This document shows positions 22,415 through 33,440 of a DNA stretch of 34,219 nucleotides, in pieces; position 1 is the stretch's first letter, and the number at the start of each line of letters is the position of its first letter. The translations under genes and the position numbers were made by a program. The stretch lies in contig NC_068988.1 of NCBI RefSeq assembly GCF_001194135.2, forward strand, positions 74,576,658-74,610,876, given 5' to 3'. The notes beneath the pieces were generated by a model. That model searched no databases and was not told the origin of the DNA. It was given only the letters and a program-made list of their open reading frames with translations. This DNA is from Octopus bimaculoides (Eukaryota).

Positions 22415-22535
22415 AGACGCAAAGGAGGATGTTTCATAACAGATGTGATTCCGTCAGACAAAAACATTGCAAACAAGGAAGTAGAAAAGATCTCAAAATA
22501 TGTTGATTTAAAAAAAGAGATATGCTGTATGTGAG
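22415..22535 (+). mobile_element. R4/Dong RLE endonuclease fragment
   Basis: CFITDVIPSDKNIANKEVEKISKYVDLK. Confidence 0.65.
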
Positions 22536-22569
22536 AAGACTCGTCAGACTAAGTGAAATCGTATTTGTG

Positions 22570-23022
22570 GTCGCTACCAGTGCCATGTAAATGGTACCTG
22601 TGAATCACAGTCATGGTTGTTCACTGCTGGTGCTAAGTAAATGACACCTGTGCATTGTAATTGTGATTGCTGTTGGTACTATGTAAATGGCACCTGTGAA
22701 TCGTGGTCACTGTTGGTGCCATTTAAATGGCATCTGTGCATTGTAGTCATGGTCGTTGCTGGTGCCATGTAAATGGCACCCAGCCATGAATCGTAGTTGT
22801 GGTCATTGTCAGTGTCAGATAAATGGCACCTGTGCCAGTGGCACGTAAAAGCATCCATCACACACCTGGAGTGGTTGGTGTTAGGAAGGGCATCCAGCTG
22901 TAGAAACCATACCAAATCAAACTGGAACCTGGTGAAGCTCTCTGGCTCATCATCTCCAGCCAAACCATCTAATCCATGCCAGCATGGAGAGTGGACATTA
23001 AACGATGATGATGATGATGATA
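22570..23022 (+). mobile_element. RTE-family 3' UTR/tail element containing a six-unit hairpin array (22579-22832)
   Basis: Tail ccatgccagcatgg..gacattaaacgatgatgat; repeated GGTGCCAT-GTAA-ATGGCACC. Confidence 0.85.
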
Positions 23023-23284
23023 TCAAAAGAGTGGAGATACCCAACAATATAAGTGAAAGAAGTACCAATTATCATTGGAATATCAAGTTCAGTCCCAGCA
23101 ACAATTGACCTCAAGATAGACATGCAAGTGCTCCAAAAACTATTCTTCTTAGAAAAGAACATATTTTTAGAAGTATTTTTAATCTAAGATCTTCATAGTT
23201 AAAATGACAAGAAAAAGAACAAAAAAAAAAATCAGCATTTTATATCCATACTGTGATACAAAATAATAATTATTAATTTCAAAT

Positions 23285-23850
23285 TCAGCAATTTTGGGGG
23301 AACAGGAAGTGTTCAACTAGTATTTTATCAACCCTGAAAAGATGAAAGGCAAAGTCAACCTTGGTGGAATTTGAACTCAGAAAACAAAAATGGATGAAAT
23401 GCCACTAAGCATTTTGCCCAGTGTGCTTACAATTCTGTCAGCTTGCCGCCTTCATCATTTATTTTGGCACAAAACCAGCAGTTTTGAGGAGTGGGGATGC
23501 CGATTATATCGGCCCCAGTGCTTAACTGGTACTTATTTTATCGGTTGAGCATTGGTGGGAGGGTCAATTTAATTAAACTAGTCCCATCTCCCAAAATTTC
23601 AGGCTTTGTACCTACAGTAGAAAGTGTGGGGTGGGGGCCTTTCTACTATAGGCACAAGGCCTGAAATTTTGGGGAGAGAGGTAGTCAATTACTTTGACCC
23701 CGGTGTGCAACTGGTACGTATTTCATCAACCCTAGGAGGACGAAAGGTAAAGTCTACCTTGGAGGGATTTGATCTCAAAACATAAAGATGGATGAAATGC
23801 TGCTCAGCATTTTGCCTGGCATGCTAACAATTCTGCCAGCTCACCACCTT
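23285..23850 (-). mobile_element. Cluster of SINE family B copies (23285-23452, 23458-23548, 23639-23850 on minus; tail fragment ~23585-23624 on plus)
   Basis: Repeated gatgaaaggcaaagtcaacc..atttgaactcag..ggatgaaatgcc.ctaagcattttgcc; minus-strand A/B boxes. Confidence 0.85.
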
Positions 23851-24184
23851 CAAAATAATCACTTGCTAGTCACCTCTTCCTCATGTTAAAGCATATTCCC
23901 TCACTTTTGCAAGGAACATACCCCTCTGCACCATTTATATTCCCTGCTACGCTATCACCATCTAGTTCTCTCTCTCTCTCTCTTTGTCTTTCTATTTTTC
24001 TCCCAAAACTATTTCTCCTTTCTTTTCCTATTTTGTAGCCAAGTATTTCTTCTCTAATAAGACACCCATCTCTATCCCACAATTATACTTTAACCTCTCA
24101 AATGGCACAAAGCCACCACCCTCAGTTTTACTCTCTCTCCCAGCTAAGGGGTCTTTGTTTTGCATTTTACTTGGCAATCCCACT

Positions 24185-24565
24185 GGTATTGGTGCCACAC
24201 AAAAAGTATCAGTGCTGGTGCCACATAAAAAGCAGCTGTAAAGTGTTTGATATGAAGAAGGGCATCCAGCTGTAGAAACCTTGCCAAAGAAGCCAATGAG
24301 TCCGATGCAACTCTCCGGTATGCCTAGCTTTTGTCAAACTGTTCAACCCAGAATGGAAGGCGAACATTAAATGATGATGACGATGATAGTTTAATGTCCA
24401 TGTTCCAGGTAGGCATGGGAAGGGTGGTTTGACAGGATCCAATGAATCAAAAGAATGCATAGTGTTCCAGTGTCTGCTTTGGCATGGTTTCTATTGCTGG
24501 ATGCCCTTCTTAATGTCATCCACTTTGCAATGTGTACTGGGTGCTTTGTCACATCACCTGCACCA
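24185..24565. mobile_element. Two RTE-family 3' UTR/tail copies joined tail-to-tail (+ 24185-24388, - 24375-24565)
   Basis: acattaaa-tgatgatgacgatgatag-tttaatgt junction; gaagggcatccagc.gtagaaacc present in both orientations. Confidence 0.8.
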
Positions 24566-25129
24566 TTGTGGTTGCCATGCTGCTTGCATGGGGAGGAGGA
24601 GGAGGGATCAGCTACATGTTAGGGACAAATGGTTAAACTATGATAAGTAGGAGAGTCAGAGCAGGTTTTTTTAGAGGATCTGCATGACTACTCACATTTA
24701 GGAGAGAGGGTGAAAGAGAAATGAGAAAATGATCAGTCAGTTGCAAAGAGATTGATAGTGGCAATGAGTTACCAAGGTAGCCTAACAAAGCACAAGGTGA
24801 GTAGAAGTGGGTAGGTGGGTGTTTTGCAAGAAGATGAGGGAATAAGGGAACAGACTCCAAAATAATGGGTGGGGCTCAAAGGTGGATAAAAAAGGAGTCA
24901 CTTGTTGGAGAAGATAGAGGGGTAGGAGTGGGGTGAACAGCAAGAATAGTAATGATGATACAGTTAACAAGGGGAATACAAGAGAGATGACATGGTTGGA
25001 TAGTCTACAAGAGCCAGGGGTAGGTAAAGTGGGGATGAGTCATTGTAGCATGTGGTGAGTGCAATATACAGAGTACTTGCAGAACTTTCACTGAGGAGAG
25101 GGAGTCTTTTTAAGAAGCTCATATTACCA

Positions 25130-25840
25130 TGCATCCAGGTTCTTTGTAATCTCTGTGACGCTCGGAGTCCTGAAATCAGCCTTCACTATGTATATTCTTA
25201 ACCGGATATTTCTCCTGCAGTTTCACCAGTCATTGGGTGTAACATCTTCCTGAATGATTTGATTAACTAACTTGGGGGTAATCTTGTATCTCACTTGCTC
25301 AGTTACTTTAAGCATCTCTGCAACTAACCCCAATGGACTCGTAGTTTTTCCCCCACTTCATATCCTTATTTTATCTACCACACTGCTGTCAACTTGAATT
25401 TCTGGTACCTCTGTTGGTCAGCATGGGGTAATTTCTGTTTATTCCAGGTGTTCTCCACATTTAGCAACCTTATAAAAGCACTTCTATTCCATATTGATAA
25501 AAGCACTCCCATTCCACATTGATAATGAGTTTGCCTTCATATGACTTGTGTATTCACCACATTGGTAGGCGATGAGGTGGTTGGCCAATTTCTTAAAGTG
25601 TGTGTTACAAATACTTATATCAGCTGCATTACAAACCTCTAGAAATCTCGTACCTGTCTCATTATTCAAGCCATAACCATAACCTCCTTGTACATCATGG
25701 AAGCCATCAGTTTGTTGGCCAGCATATCTGATGAAATTGCCAGCTACGATAATGAGATTACTGTCACTTGTTGAGGTAGTCTACAGAAGGGTCCCATAGA
25801 AGTAATCCTTCTGTTCTTCTGGCAGTCAAGCTAGTGTTGC
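25130..25840 (-). mobile_element. Deleted RTE ORF2 fragment (APE endonuclease + start of RT)
   Basis: VAGNF..GGYGYG.NNETGTRFLEVC..ICNTHFKK..HLIAY; GLVAEMLK..LVNQIIQEDVTPNDW. Confidence 0.8.
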
Positions 25841-25924
25841 CTATAATTAGTCTTGATTTAATTATCCTATCACAACCAATCTATCTTATTAATCTATCTG
25901 TCCCTCTGGCTACCTCAATTACTT

Positions 25925-25929
25925 TAATA

Positions 25930-25960
<31 letters not shown>

Positions 25961-25962
25961 TT
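25925..25962. repeat. (TAA)n microsatellite at the 5' junction of the R4/Dong element
   Basis: Direct reading. Confidence 0.9.
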
Positions 25963-28606
25963 TGATCAAGACAGCAAGTATTGTTGTAGCAGAAAATGTG
26001 GGTGTTATGTCAAGAAAAAGAAATAATCCATGGTGGGAAAAAAGAATATAAGCGGAGTTAGATATGCTCTCGAAGGACATTTCTGTGTTAGACTGAAAAG
26101 AGAAAGGGGACTTTAAAAGTGAACAAAAATACAAGGCACTGAACAGGTAGTATAATGTTGAAAGAAAGGGTATGAAAGTGGTAATGGAGGAACTGAAACA
26201 GTGCATTATTGCAAAGAAAGCAAAGACGATAAGATATGACCAAAAGAATGAAGGGTTACCACCAGAATAGGTTATTCAGAGTAGATTAGAAGAGATTCTA
26301 TAAAGAAATAAATGGAGAGTGTACAGATGAAAAGTTAATATCAGATAACATTGAAAGTCAAAGGTTTTGTAGTGACATCTGGAGCAAAGACAAGGAGCAC
26401 AAGAAGGATGCTGAATGGTTGCAAGAACTGAAACAAACAGTCGTCTGTCCAAAACAGGCAGAACTAGTCATTCTAGTTAAGGAAGTGAAGGAAATCAGCA
26501 ACTGGAAGGCCCCTGGACCAGATGGAGTTCAAGGCTACTAAATCAAAAGATTTGGTGAATGTCATGCATGAATAGCTGCACAACTCAACACCTTGTTAAA
26601 TGCTGACCAAGTAACACCAGAATGGTTAACACTGGGTAGGACAGTGCTGTGCTTCAAAAACATCCAAAAAGGCAATATGGTAGACAATTACAGGTCGATA
26701 TCCTGCTTGCCACTTATGTGGAAATTATTGATTGGAATACTCGCAGAATCAATGTACGAACATAGTCCTGCCACATAAGCAGAAGGGTTGCAAGCAAAAG
26801 TGCAGAGGTACCAAGGATCAACTCCTGGTAGACAAAACTGTACTTACAGACTACAAGAGGAGGAAAACTAACTTAGCCATGTCATGGATCGATTATCATA
26901 AGGCATACGATATGATCCCACATTCTTGGATTACAGAATGTATGAACCTATATGGTATTGCATAAAATGTTGTGCAATTGTTTGGAAAAAGTATGGCAAA
27001 GTGGAGGACGGAACTGACAGCATATGGAAGAAGTTTAGGGACAATAGAAATCAGGTGGGGCATCTTCCAAGAGGACTGCCTGTCCCCACTGGTCTTTGTA
27101 CAGTGCATGATACCACTGACACTGATTCTGAGGAAAGCAAAGGCTGGGTATGTATTCAAAAGCTGCCAACAAAAAGTCAACCACTTGTTATTCATGGATG
27201 ACCTCAAACTTTATGGTAAAGATGAATCCCAAGTCAGTTCTCTCGTTGATATGGTGTATACTGATATGCTGATATCAGAATTGAGTTCGGACTGAAAAAG
27301 TGTGGTGTATTAGTCTTGAAGAGAGGCAAAATCAAATGTAAGGACGGATTAGGGATACCATTGGGGGAGGTTATGAAGCAGATAGAAGAGATGGGCTATA
27401 AGTACTTGGGGATACTGGAAATGGATAAATTGATGGAGAAAGAAATGACAGAAAATTTAAGGTGGAGTACTTTCGCAGACTGAGACTGATCCCTAAGTCG
27501 AAATTAAACGGATTGAAGCTATCAACACCTGGGTGGTTTCAGTCCTCAGATATGGAGCAGGGGTAATCGCATGGACAGTAGACAAACTAAACAGCTTAGA
27601 CAGAAAGACAAGGAAGTTGCTGACTAGATATTGGATACTCCACCCAAAGAGTGACACAGACAAACTGTATATACCAAGAAAAAGAAGGGGAAGAGGACTG
27701 ATTGGATGCAAACACAGCATTAGAGCAGAAGTAAACAACATAGCATGGTATGTAAAAAATGACACAGAACCACTATTATTGGAAGTAAGAAGGTCAGGCT
27801 TGTGTAGGATGGAAGATTGCAAAGATAAAGCACTGTACAAGCACTTGAGAATGAATGAAACCGAAAAGAATGCATGGACAATTTCATAGGGATGTTGAAG
27901 ACAGACAGAGAAAAAAGATGGCCTTGGATGACTAAAAGTGATTTAAAACCAGAAATGCATGCTCCAATCTCTGCTGCCCAAGAGAACTAAGAACGAATTA
28001 CATCAAATGCAGAATAGACAACACATCAGAAAGTGATAAGTGCAGAATCTGTGGACAAAATGGTGAAACCTTATGGCATATTACCTGTCAATGTACGCCA
28101 CTAGCCCAGAAAGAATATAAGAGATGTCATGACAATATAGCAAGGATTGTCCATTCGACACTTTGCAACAAGTATGGACTTCACAGAGCAAAAAAGTGGT
28201 ACGAACATAAACCCGAAGACATCATCAAAAATGATAATGCAAAGATCCTATGGGATTTTATGATTCAGTGGGACCATGAGATAGAGAATAGGAAGCTAGA
28301 CATAGTGTTAATTGAGAAAGAAAGCAAGTGATGCTGGATCATAGATACAGCATGCCCAGCTGACAACAAGGTATGCGATAAGGAAGAAAGAAAAGTAGAT
28401 AGATATGACAGGTTAGCATGGGAGGTTAAGCAGTTGTGGTCGATGAAAAAGGGGGTAATAATACCAATAATTGTTGGAGCCCTGGCAACAGTGAGTAAAA
28501 ATCTTGAGAAGTACATGGAACATATAGGGGCTGCAATAAGGATGGAGCACTTGCAGAAAACAGCACTGCTTGCAACTGCTCGAATACTAAGGGGTGTTAC
28601 CTTAGT
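25963..28606 (+). mobile_element. 5'-truncated degenerate R4/Dong-clade retrotransposon (RT + CCHC + RLE)
   Basis: [124 protein letters not shown]. Confidence 0.95.
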
Positions 28607-28731
28607 TCACTGGTAGTGAACAACTGGCACCATAGTACATCGCCAGCATGCAAAGACTGGGCAAGTTGATTATATCAACCCCAATAGTATGTAAGGTAAG
28701 GTCAACCTTTGCAACATTTGAACTCAGAATG

Positions 28732-30038
28732 GGTTAATGTTTACAAGTACACAATCACGAAAACTTGACTTTTTTTTTTTTTTTTTTTCAGCAGATTCGT
28801 ATGTTTTGGATGATTCTGAATATGCCAAAGACCATTTTAAAAAAATTTTGAATTCCACACCTCCCCACCCTAAATTTAAAAATTTTAACTTTTTTCGAAT
28901 TTTTTTTTTCAATCGACATGGAAAAATATGAAGACTAAGAANNNNNNNNNNNNNNNNNNNNNNNNNNNNNNNNNNNNNNNNNNNNNNNNNNNNNNNNNNN
29001 NNNNNNNNNNNNNNNNNNNNNNNNNNNNNNNNNNNNNNNNGGGGGGGAATAATTCATTTCAAATTTTCTGTGAGGAAACTCCAAAATTGATTTATACACT
29101 CCTCACCACTCCATCCTGCTGTCTAAAAGTGAAAATGAACAGCTTGTGTGTTTGTGTGTGTGCGTGCGAATGAATAGAGAAACTATGATAGAAATAATAG
29201 CCAAATCTCACAAAACTGCGATAACATAATGAAAGGAATATGTAATCAATCTACTCACCTTTCTGCAAATATATCTTTCAGAATAATATCCCACAGTAAT
29301 ATGACAAAGTGATATGAAAGTGTTAATTTTTTTTTTACAACTGTTGGAATTTGATGGGGATAAACTTTGGCAATGTGTTTGTGAAATGTATAGAAATTCT
29401 GGAAGTTTTCCTTCGTCATAAATCCCTACATTTCTTGATACATAGATTCGTCGACGTGAGACCATTTCATATTGCCCGATGATCCAGTGATATGCTTCAA
29501 CCATCTTTTGATTCGGGACCAATAGGCCTCAATATGGCTTGTGCAAGAGAAGGGGTTGGGGAAAATTCTTTTTCTTTTTTTTTTGAAAAACTGAAATTTT
29601 ACAAACAATTTTTTTCTGAATTGGAATCTCCATAGCCAAAAACGTGGGATTCCATAAAACAATTTTGTATTTAAAGGAGTGGAGGGGTCTATTTATGTGA
29701 GATTTGGCTGTTATTTCTAGCATATTTTCTCCGTTCATTCACACACGCACACACAAGCCGGGATGGAGTGGCGAGGGGTGTATGAATCAATTTTGGAGTT
29801 TCCTCAGAGAAAATTTGAAATGAATTATATTTTTTTCTTCCATATTCTTAATCTCCATGTGTTTCCATGTCAATTGAAAAAAAAAATTCTAAAAATTAAA
29901 ATTTTAAAATTTAGGGTGGGCAAGGGGGAATTCAAAATTTTGAAAAAATGTTTTTTGGCATATTCANNNNNNNNNNGAAAAAAAAAAAAAAAAAAAAAAA
30001 GTCGATTTTTTGTGCCTGTGTACTTGTAAACATTAACC
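28732..30038 (-). mobile_element. Merlin/IS1016-superfamily DNA transposon derivative with ~340-bp TIRs and a C-terminal transposase remnant (~29357-29545)
   Basis: GG..CC ends, first 22 bp identical (ggttaatgtttacaagtacaca), 9-bp TSD ctcagaatg/ctcaaaatg, peptide TSHIEAYWSRIKRWLK..SHVDESMY..FYTFHKHIAKVYP. Confidence 0.88.
28942..29040. other. Assembly gap (99 N); second gap 29967-29976 (10 N)
   Basis: N runs. Confidence 1.
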
Positions 30039-30145
30039 CTCAAAATGTAAAGGCTGGAAGAAATGCTACGCACCTTCTTAAATATGTTAATGGCTCTGCC
30101 AGCTCACTACCATAATAATAGTAATAATAGTTCTTTCAATAATAG

Positions 30146-30320
30146 TGAGAAATTTGGAAGAGGGTGGGACAACTTGATTACATCACACCCTGTACTGATA
30201 GGTACTTTATTTATAGACCCCAACATGATGAAAGGCAAACCTAACCTTAGTAATATTTAAGCTCAAAATGTACAAAACTAGGGAAAATGTTAAGCATTTT
30301 GTCTGATACACTAACAATTG
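30146..30320 (-). mobile_element. Diverged SINE family B copy
   Basis: ggtactttatttatagacccc..gatgaaaggcaaa..aagcattttg. Confidence 0.7.
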
Positions 30321-30565
30321 TTAGCTTATTATCTCAATAATAATAATTATCATTGTCAGTAAGTGAATTAATCTGACACTGAACCAATTCTAACATCCAA
30401 GACATTTCAAATAATAACAATGATTATCAATATCACTTAGCCAACTTACATGTTCCTACAGTTCTACGCAAACAGTCTAAATGTATCATATAAGATTCAT
30501 AGAAAAAAAAACGAGTGTTTAAAATTTACATTCTAATAATAGCAAGGTTAAAAAAAGATATTTAC

Positions 30566-30683
30566 CAGACCATCTGTAAACAAACGAAACTGGCCTTGGT
30601 TTGTCAAATTATAAATATGACGAGCAAGTGCTTCAGCTATTATTTGTATATTACGGCTGAGTACGCTGGTGTCAACTCGAGAC
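30566..30683 (-). CDS. NCLN: Nicalin internal coding exon (118 nt, phase 2 to 0): SRVDTSVLSRNIQIIAEALARHIYNLTNQGQFRLFTDGL
   Basis: Acceptor (t)13atgtttag|G and donor CTG|gtaaat. Peptide matches recalled human nicalin SRVDSKTLTRNTRIIAEALTRVIYNLTEK, including the NLT sequon. Phase is compatible with the next exon. Confidence 0.95.
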
Positions 30684-31248
30684 CTAAACATAAAAAAAAA
30701 AAAAGATTGTTCAATAATGATTAGCAGTAATGGTAAATGGAAGATATGTACTGTGTGATGAAAAGAGAGTAAATATTATAGCTTTCCATTAACTTCATAT
30801 AGAAAATAGTAAATTCTGAAGTTATGCAAACATTCCAACTATGACCACCTCATCTTTTTACAGATATTTGTACTTTGGACTATATTATTTGATGCATTTT
30901 ACCTCTTATTAACATGGCAAGAAGTGATTTGAGGGTGGTTTGCTGTTATTACTAGCAGGGTGTGCAACCATATAGTCTCTATCACTAGTTTGTTTTCTTT
31001 ATGAACATGCATGTGTATCTATGTGTATGTGTACATGGGAGAATTGATAAAATTGTTTGACTTTTTCAAAATATTTTCCTTCTGGGCTTCTGATGACAAG
31101 ATTCAAAATCAACAAAACATTCTCATGAAATGTTCAACTGATTGATAGTGACATCTCTTGAGCTGTATCCTCTTATTGTTAATAATATAATTATAGCTTT
31201 TGTTAAAAAGTGTTGCATCTCCTCATACTGGATTATTGAACAGTGTTT

Positions 31249-31412
31249 AGGTGCAAGTGTTGCTGTGTGGTAAGAAATTTGCTTCCCAAGCACATGGATT
31301 CAGGTCAAGTCCCATTGTATGGCCCCAAGCCAACCAAAGCTTTAAGAGTGGACTTGGTAAACGGAATCTGAAAGAAGCCTGTCATACATTATTCATATAT
31401 GTATGCGTGTAT
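31249..31412 (+). mobile_element. SINE family A 5' part with internal deletion
   Basis: tgctgtgtggtaagaa.ttgcttccc..aaccaaagc..gtggacttggtaaacggaa.ctgaaagaagcc. Confidence 0.8.
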
Positions 31413-31529
31413 ATAATTTAAATAAGAAGATAAAGAAACCTTTTACTACAACTTTCATACAAATCATTAAAGAAGTGTTAAAGGATTTCTTTGTCTTCTT
31501 ATTATTTGGATTATAGTTTACTCTTCACC

Positions 31530-32170
31530 ACACCCACACAAGTGCAGACAACTGGCAGGATGGATACTAAGGTTCTTTAAGACTAGAGACCAAGAAACTA
31601 TGTTGACCCTGTGGAGGACATTTGTTCTCAGCTGCCTGGATCACTGCTCCGAGTTATGATCACTACATAGTACCATACTAACGGTGGAGCCTGAAGCAGT
31701 CCAACGCTATACATTAAAAAAATTGAAACTGCAGTAGATGAGCTACAAGAATAGGCTGAGAAAACTGCAACTTTACTCCTTGGAGCAAAGGCATGCCAAG
31801 TATGTAACAATCTACATATGGAAAACTCTAGAAGGGCTAGTACCTAATTTCAGCATCGAGTGTTATACAAATGCTAGAACTGGCCACCATTGTATTGTAC
31901 CAAAAATACCATTCACTCCATCTAAATTCGGTATCAGGTACTGCAATAGTCTAGGATTCAAAGGCCCACAGCTCTTCAATGCCCTGCTACAAAAATTAAG
32001 AAATTTGCATAAGGTGGAAGTAGATGTTTTCAAAAAGGAACCAGACATCCTCCTCTCCACAATAGTATATGAAACAATAGCCTGACATGAGGTGCAGACA
32101 AAGGCAGCAGAATCAAACTCCCTTATACACCAAATAGGCCAACAGCTGGGACAAAAGCGCATACAGGAGT
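31530..32170 (+). mobile_element. CR1/L2-group LINE ORF2 3' fragment
   Basis: MLTLWRTFVLS.LD.CS, RL.KLQLYSLEQR, IWKTLEGLVPN, FKGPQLFNAL, VFKK..D.LLS, AA.SNSLIHQ. Confidence 0.85.
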
Positions 32171-32282
32171 GATGATGTGAAACACCCCAGACTGAGGAAA
32201 TCAGAAAAGCAACAGTGGTGCTCCAGCATAACTGCAGCTGAAATGAGTAAAAAAGTAAAAGAGTATATATTTACACACAAAA

Positions 32283-32313
32283 ATATATACATACATACAT
32301 ATATACATGCATA

Positions 32314-32382
<69 letters not shown>
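32283..32382. repeat. (TA)n-rich microsatellite following a SINE A tail (~32215-32265)
   Basis: Direct reading. Confidence 0.9.
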
Positions 32383-32385
<3 letters not shown>

Positions 32386-32404
32386 CACCCATGCCAGCAT
32401 GAAG

Positions 32405-33040
32405 GTCTCAGTCTTAGGTCCTCCTGCGCCGTGTGGCACACTGGGCGGCAAGGCTTCTCCAGCATGGTCGGTTGGCTGCAGCGATTTCAGCTTCATCCCA
32501 TGAAATGTCAATGGCTTTGAGATCATAGATGAAGGGGTGGCGCCAAGTCACTTTTGGTCACCCTTGTTTTCTTTTGCCATGTAGTGGTTTCCACAGAATG
32601 GCAGTTTTCGCATGCAGCAGCAATGGTAATCAGGGGACATGGCCTATGACTCACAAGTGGCACTCAGTCACAATGTCATGGAGTGGACAGGTATCAGTTT
32701 GACAATGTATCTCATCATTGGTGATGTGGTCCTGGTATGGCATTCGCAGTATCTGCCAGAGACATCATAGCTGAAATACATTGAACCTTCGCATGATCTT
32801 TGCTGATGTCTTCCACGTTTCCACTGCAAGATTCTTTATGTGAGTTTGTGTGTTGAAGCATATTTTGTTGTGTCTGGGGAGAGTCATTTTCTTTTAGTGC
32901 CTTATTATATAACACACTCACTGGTAAAGTTTCCACTCATTTACTTATGTAGTTTTTCCTAAAAGTTCCATTGTGTCTTGCAACCTTTTCAATAGTCGTT
33001 GACTCTCCGTTATCCGAGCTGCGTTTTTTTATTTGTTCGT
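32405..33040 (-). mobile_element. RTE LINE 3' fragment (second RTE family)
   Basis: [75 protein letters not shown]. Confidence 0.85.
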
Positions 33041-33044
33041 GCGC

Positions 33045-33440
33045 ATGTGTGTAGGTCAGTGTGTGTATGCATGTAGCTATGTGTGTGCGCGTGTGTACGT
33101 ATATATGTATGTGTGTACGTTTATATGTATGTATTCTGTATATTCATATGTTTGTGTGATCATGTTTGCATGTGTGCGTATACCTCTGTTAACCTTGTGA
33201 GTGCATGTTTGAGTGTATCTGTGTATGGGTTTTTGTGAATATGTACTGTGTCTGTATGTATGAATGTGTCTCCATATGTGTCCTTGTGTGAAGTGAAGTG
33301 TGAGTGTATAGTCATGTGTTTCAGTCTTCATTTGTGTATGTGTGTGTGCTTGTCTGTTCATATTACCAGTGTACCTATCCATTTATATGTCTATCACTTT
33401 ACATTCATATCCATTTGCCCAAATACATGTGCATATACAT
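33045..33440. repeat. Degenerate TG/TA-rich low-complexity tract
   Basis: Direct reading; source of the spurious THT/VCV ORFs. Confidence 0.85.

Larger units (their letters stand above)
28660..30108 (-). mobile_element. SINE family B copy split by the Merlin insertion (28660-28731 and 30039-30108)
   Basis: Rejoined gtcaacctt..atttgaactcagaatg|taaagg..gaaatg..ctctgccagctcac matches the uninterrupted copies at 23345-23450. Confidence 0.8.

Noticed and set aside
22579-22832. CRISPR array (palindromic repeat with spacers)
   Set aside because: Spacers are short and related to one another, repeats are degenerate, there are no cas genes, and the array lies in a eukaryotic RTE 3' UTR.
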